From Eledone cirrhosa (Eukaryota): a DNA stretch of 64,000 bases. The DNA is taken from contig OZ024742.1 of the NCBI GenBank assembly GCA_964016885.1, forward strand, positions 99,448,001 to 99,512,000, written 5' to 3'. Shown here in pieces: positions 61,236-64,000 of the stretch; position 1 is the stretch's first letter; the number at the start of each line of letters is the position of its first letter. The notes beneath the pieces were generated by a model. That model was given only the letters and a program-made list of their open reading frames with translations, searched no databases and was not told the DNA's origin. Made by a program: the position numbers and the translations under genes.

Positions 61236-62654
61236 ATGAGGTCAAAGAAGATACAGTTCGACATAGAGAGCTACTATGCTTCAATCACCTTACCGCTACT
61301 TACTGCCGCCTTGGACTTCGCCGAAACACTCGTGCCCATCACCGACCAGGAAAGAAAAATCATCCTCCACGCCAGGAAGACAGTCTTACTCTTTGACAAC
61401 TCTAAATGGATAAAAAGAGCTCCTGACTCACCCTTCGACGTCAGCATGGGCGCCACGGATTCGGCGGAGGTCACTGATCTTATAGGATTATTCCTAATAG
61501 CCAAACTCACTGATATGTTTCCTGCATTCGGTGGTGGATTGTACCGTGATGATGGGCTCCTTACCCTTAAAGGGTACAACCCCAGTAGTACAGATCGGGT
61601 CCGGAAACAATTAATCAGATTCTTCCGCGACTGGGGATTTAAAATAACCCTACAAACGTCCCTGACCCGAGTAAACTTCCTGGACGTAACCCTCGATCTC
61701 GAAAACGACCTGTACTACCCATACAGGAAACCTAATGACAATCTGCACTACATCCACCGCCGATCAAACCATCCTAGGAACATCACAAACAACCTGGTCA
61801 AAAACATCTCCCTCCGCATATCCCGTTTGTCAGCTAATGAGCGGATATTCGATGAACATGCGCCTTATTACAATCAGGCCCTCAAGCGGAGTGGTTTCCG
61901 GGAGGAAATATCCTACTGCCCAGCTCCCATTAGCGGAACCAGCAGGAGACACCGCCGCTCACGCAATGTAACATGGTTCAATCCTCCCCACAACGCAGAG
62001 GTGACTACTCCCATCGGGAAACTATTCTTTAGGCTCATTGAAAAACACTTCCCATTACAACACCGCTACCACAACATAATTAACAAAAATACCATCAAAC
62101 TCTCTTACAGCACTACACCAAACTTCGCACAAAACATCGTCTCCTCTAACAACAAAAAACTCAACCCCGATGGCAGAAATAACCTAATTAGCAGTGGAGA
62201 ACCGACCAGGAGGTGTAACTGCCCGGATAGATCTATTTGCCCACTCGACAATAGATGCAGAGACCGTAATGTGATCTACCAGTGCAACGTGAGGACGGAT
62301 ACCTCCAACAAAGCCTATATAGGACTTACCGCATGTGACTTCAAGACCCGGCTATACCAACATAGACATACCTTCCGAAACCCGGCCCGGCGTCACGCCA
62401 CTACACTTTCGGGCCACATATGGGACCTCAAGGACAACAACATCACCTATGATCTCACTTGGAGATTACTGTCCAGAGCCAATTCTTACACGGGAGGACG
62501 CCGTCCGTGCAATTTATGCTCGGAGGAAACTTTACAAATGCTGTTTTCGACGGACCAACTCCTAAACAAGAAAGATGAACTGGTTACTGCATGTAAACAT
62601 AGATTGCGTAGGACTTACCTCGCCCTCAAACCCCATAATGACCCGGGGGGGTAG
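61236..62654 (+). CDS. PLE reverse transcriptase (from motif A onward) plus GIY-YIG endonuclease; open but 5'-truncated; resembles the Hydra clade (inference)
   Basis: QFDIESYYASI, FDVSMGATDSAE, GLYRDDGL, FLDV, SNHP, WFNPP, CNC-x4-CP-x4-C, VIY...YIG, CNLC, CKH. Confidence 0.9.
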   Translation: MRSKKIQFDIESYYASITLPLLTAALDFAETLVPITDQERKIILHARKTVLLFDNSKWIKRAPDSPFDVSMGATDSAEVTDLIGLFLIAKLTDMFPAFGGGLYRDDGLLTLKGYNPSSTDRVRKQLIRFFRDWGFKITLQTSLTRVNFLDVTLDLENDLYYPYRKPNDNLHYIHRRSNHPRNITNNLVKNISLRISRLSANERIFDEHAPYYNQALKRSGFREEISYCPAPISGTSRRHRRSRNVTWFNPPHNAEVTTPIGKLFFRLIEKHFPLQHRYHNIINKNTIKLSYSTTPNFAQNIVSSNNKKLNPDGRNNLISSGEPTRRCNCPDRSICPLDNRCRDRNVIYQCNVRTDTSNKAYIGLTACDFKTRLYQHRHTFRNPARRHATTLSGHIWDLKDNNITYDLTWRLLSRANSYTGGRRPCNLCSEETLQMLFSTDQLLNKKDELVTACKHRLRRTYLALKPHNDPGG

Positions 62655-63774
62655 ACTGGGGCTATAACACCCCAGTTGCCGATTTTGCAATGGGTAACCC
62701 CTGCTTGCCAAGGAAGACGTAAGATCTTCTTTGTATTCTTTTATCGCTTCCTTTATTTCCTTCCCCCCTCTCTCCTTTGTCCTTCTACCCCAGCTCTTCT
62801 CCTTTGTCGGCGTCTTTTCTCGCCCACCCGAGGCTGCCCTTTGGCCCCATGTAGCCTTAGTACCCCCCCCCCCCCCCTCCCCTAGTCTTTGATAGATTTG
62901 GTGGACTCCGCCCTTTATAGCAGTTGGCTTAGACCCCGGATACTTTCCCCCTTTTTCCGACCGCTCCCACTATTCTCTGTGCCCTCTATATTTCTTAGTG
63001 GCACTTATGCCTTATTTTTTCGTTTCAGTATTTCTTGCTTCGCTTTTCTTCTGGGCGGGGTGGATTCTGAATTTATTTCTCCGTATTCTACCTTTATTTC
63101 GTACGAACTTTCATGTAGCTTGTTTTAGATCTTTTAGAGTTAGCATTAGTATATATTTTTCCCGGGACTCAGAATTATTATCTCGTACAAGTTCACTTTG
63201 CTGCACTGGGTCGTTGCTGGCCCGGGATGGAAACTTTTATTGTTTATTTCGTGGTAGTCTCTTTAGTATTTTAGCCCCTTTTGTTGACCCGTCACCGTAT
63301 CATTTACGTACTTATACCTCTTAAAAGGGTCCTTGCCTTATTCGTCACACCTAGTTCTCTTACTTATTTCCTTATTTATTTATTTATTTATTTATTTACT
63401 TCTTTCTTTCTTTCTTTATTTTATTCTCGCCTAACAATAGCCTGACACCTAGGTCGTTGAATTTAATTTACTTTACTTTTTCTTTTTTTTTTCTTTTTCT
63501 TTACACTTATTTGCTTTTCTTCACTCTCAGTATTTTTTCTTTCCTATTTCTACCCCCCATTGTTCTACCTACCGTTCCGACTTCCTCCCCCTCCCCCTCC
63601 CCTGTATCTTCTTTGACCTCATGCCCAGCTGTAGCTGGCACTACCAACGCTTGATTGGGTCTACTCCACCCCCTCCCCTCTTTCTCCTACTGGCAGGTTT
63701 AGTCACCATCTCCCCTACTAATTTGCAACCACAGAATTACTACTGATTTTTGACAATCACTTTGACCATATATG

Positions 63775-63883
63775 GAATTACCCCTTGAGAAGATCGGCTA
63801 TTTAAATACCAGGATAAATTTTCATTTAGTCCAGAATTAGCCGTCGAAACGGCTTGAGCTCAGCTGTCGGGGTCTTACTGGTT

Positions 63884-63885
<2 letters not shown>
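63775..63885 (+). ncRNA. Type I hammerhead ribozyme, U3-A8 variant (mirror copy on minus strand at 60973-61084)
   Basis: acccc(63780)-UUGAGAA-gaucggcua...uagccguc-GAAA(63846)-cggcu-ugagcuc-agcug-UC^ggggu; predicted cut after 63868. Confidence 0.82.
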
Positions 63886-63918
<33 letters not shown>

Positions 63919-64000
63919 CGCAAATGTAGCATACGAGATAAACTGTATTTGTAATTCAAAGGGACATCTTTGTGACACACCTGTCACAATGAATCTGCCG

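Larger units (their letters stand above)
60892..63885 (+). mobile_element. PLE family A, 5'-truncated, with inverted copy of its 3' end (60973-61256 versus 63602-63885)
   Basis: The 284-bp arms appear identical; (TA)n on both sides. Confidence 0.93.

Noticed and set aside
61236-62654. Naiad/Chlamys-type or selenoprotein PLE
   Set aside because: The endonuclease is C-terminal, and no in-frame TGA interrupts the ORF.
60973-63885. Inverted repeats as TIRs of a DNA transposon or MITE
   Set aside because: The interior encodes RT/GIY-YIG, arm lengths vary between copies, and the arms are element 3' ends carrying HHRs.

Overview
AT-rich, microsatellite-dense animal DNA. The SINE types and TE mix suggest a coleoid cephalopod such as Octopus (inference). 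No convincing multi-exon host gene is visible, and the window is almost all retroelements. (1) Several families of Penelope-like elements (PLEs; RT followed by C-terminal GIY-YIG) sit in (TA)n tracts, nearly always as fold-back structures with 3' ends pointing outward. By eye these carry about 17 hammerhead-ribozyme (HHR) motifs from at least 8 sequence families. They include atypical cores (U3-A8 covariant, C4 variant, U.U closing stem II), palindromic loop III sequences suited to dimer cleavage, and two non-coding tandem units (about 431 and 698 nt) resembling retrozymes. (2) An 18-kb cluster in (TAA/TTA)n holds two oppositely oriented L1/Tx1-type LINEs (one with an intact ORF2) flanking two tandem R4/Dong-type RLE elements. 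(3) Old R4 and RTE relics, tRNA-derived SINEs (one a 192-bp tandem array) and a Helitron-like 3' end are also present. All RNA folds and alignments were done by eye and need computational confirmation.
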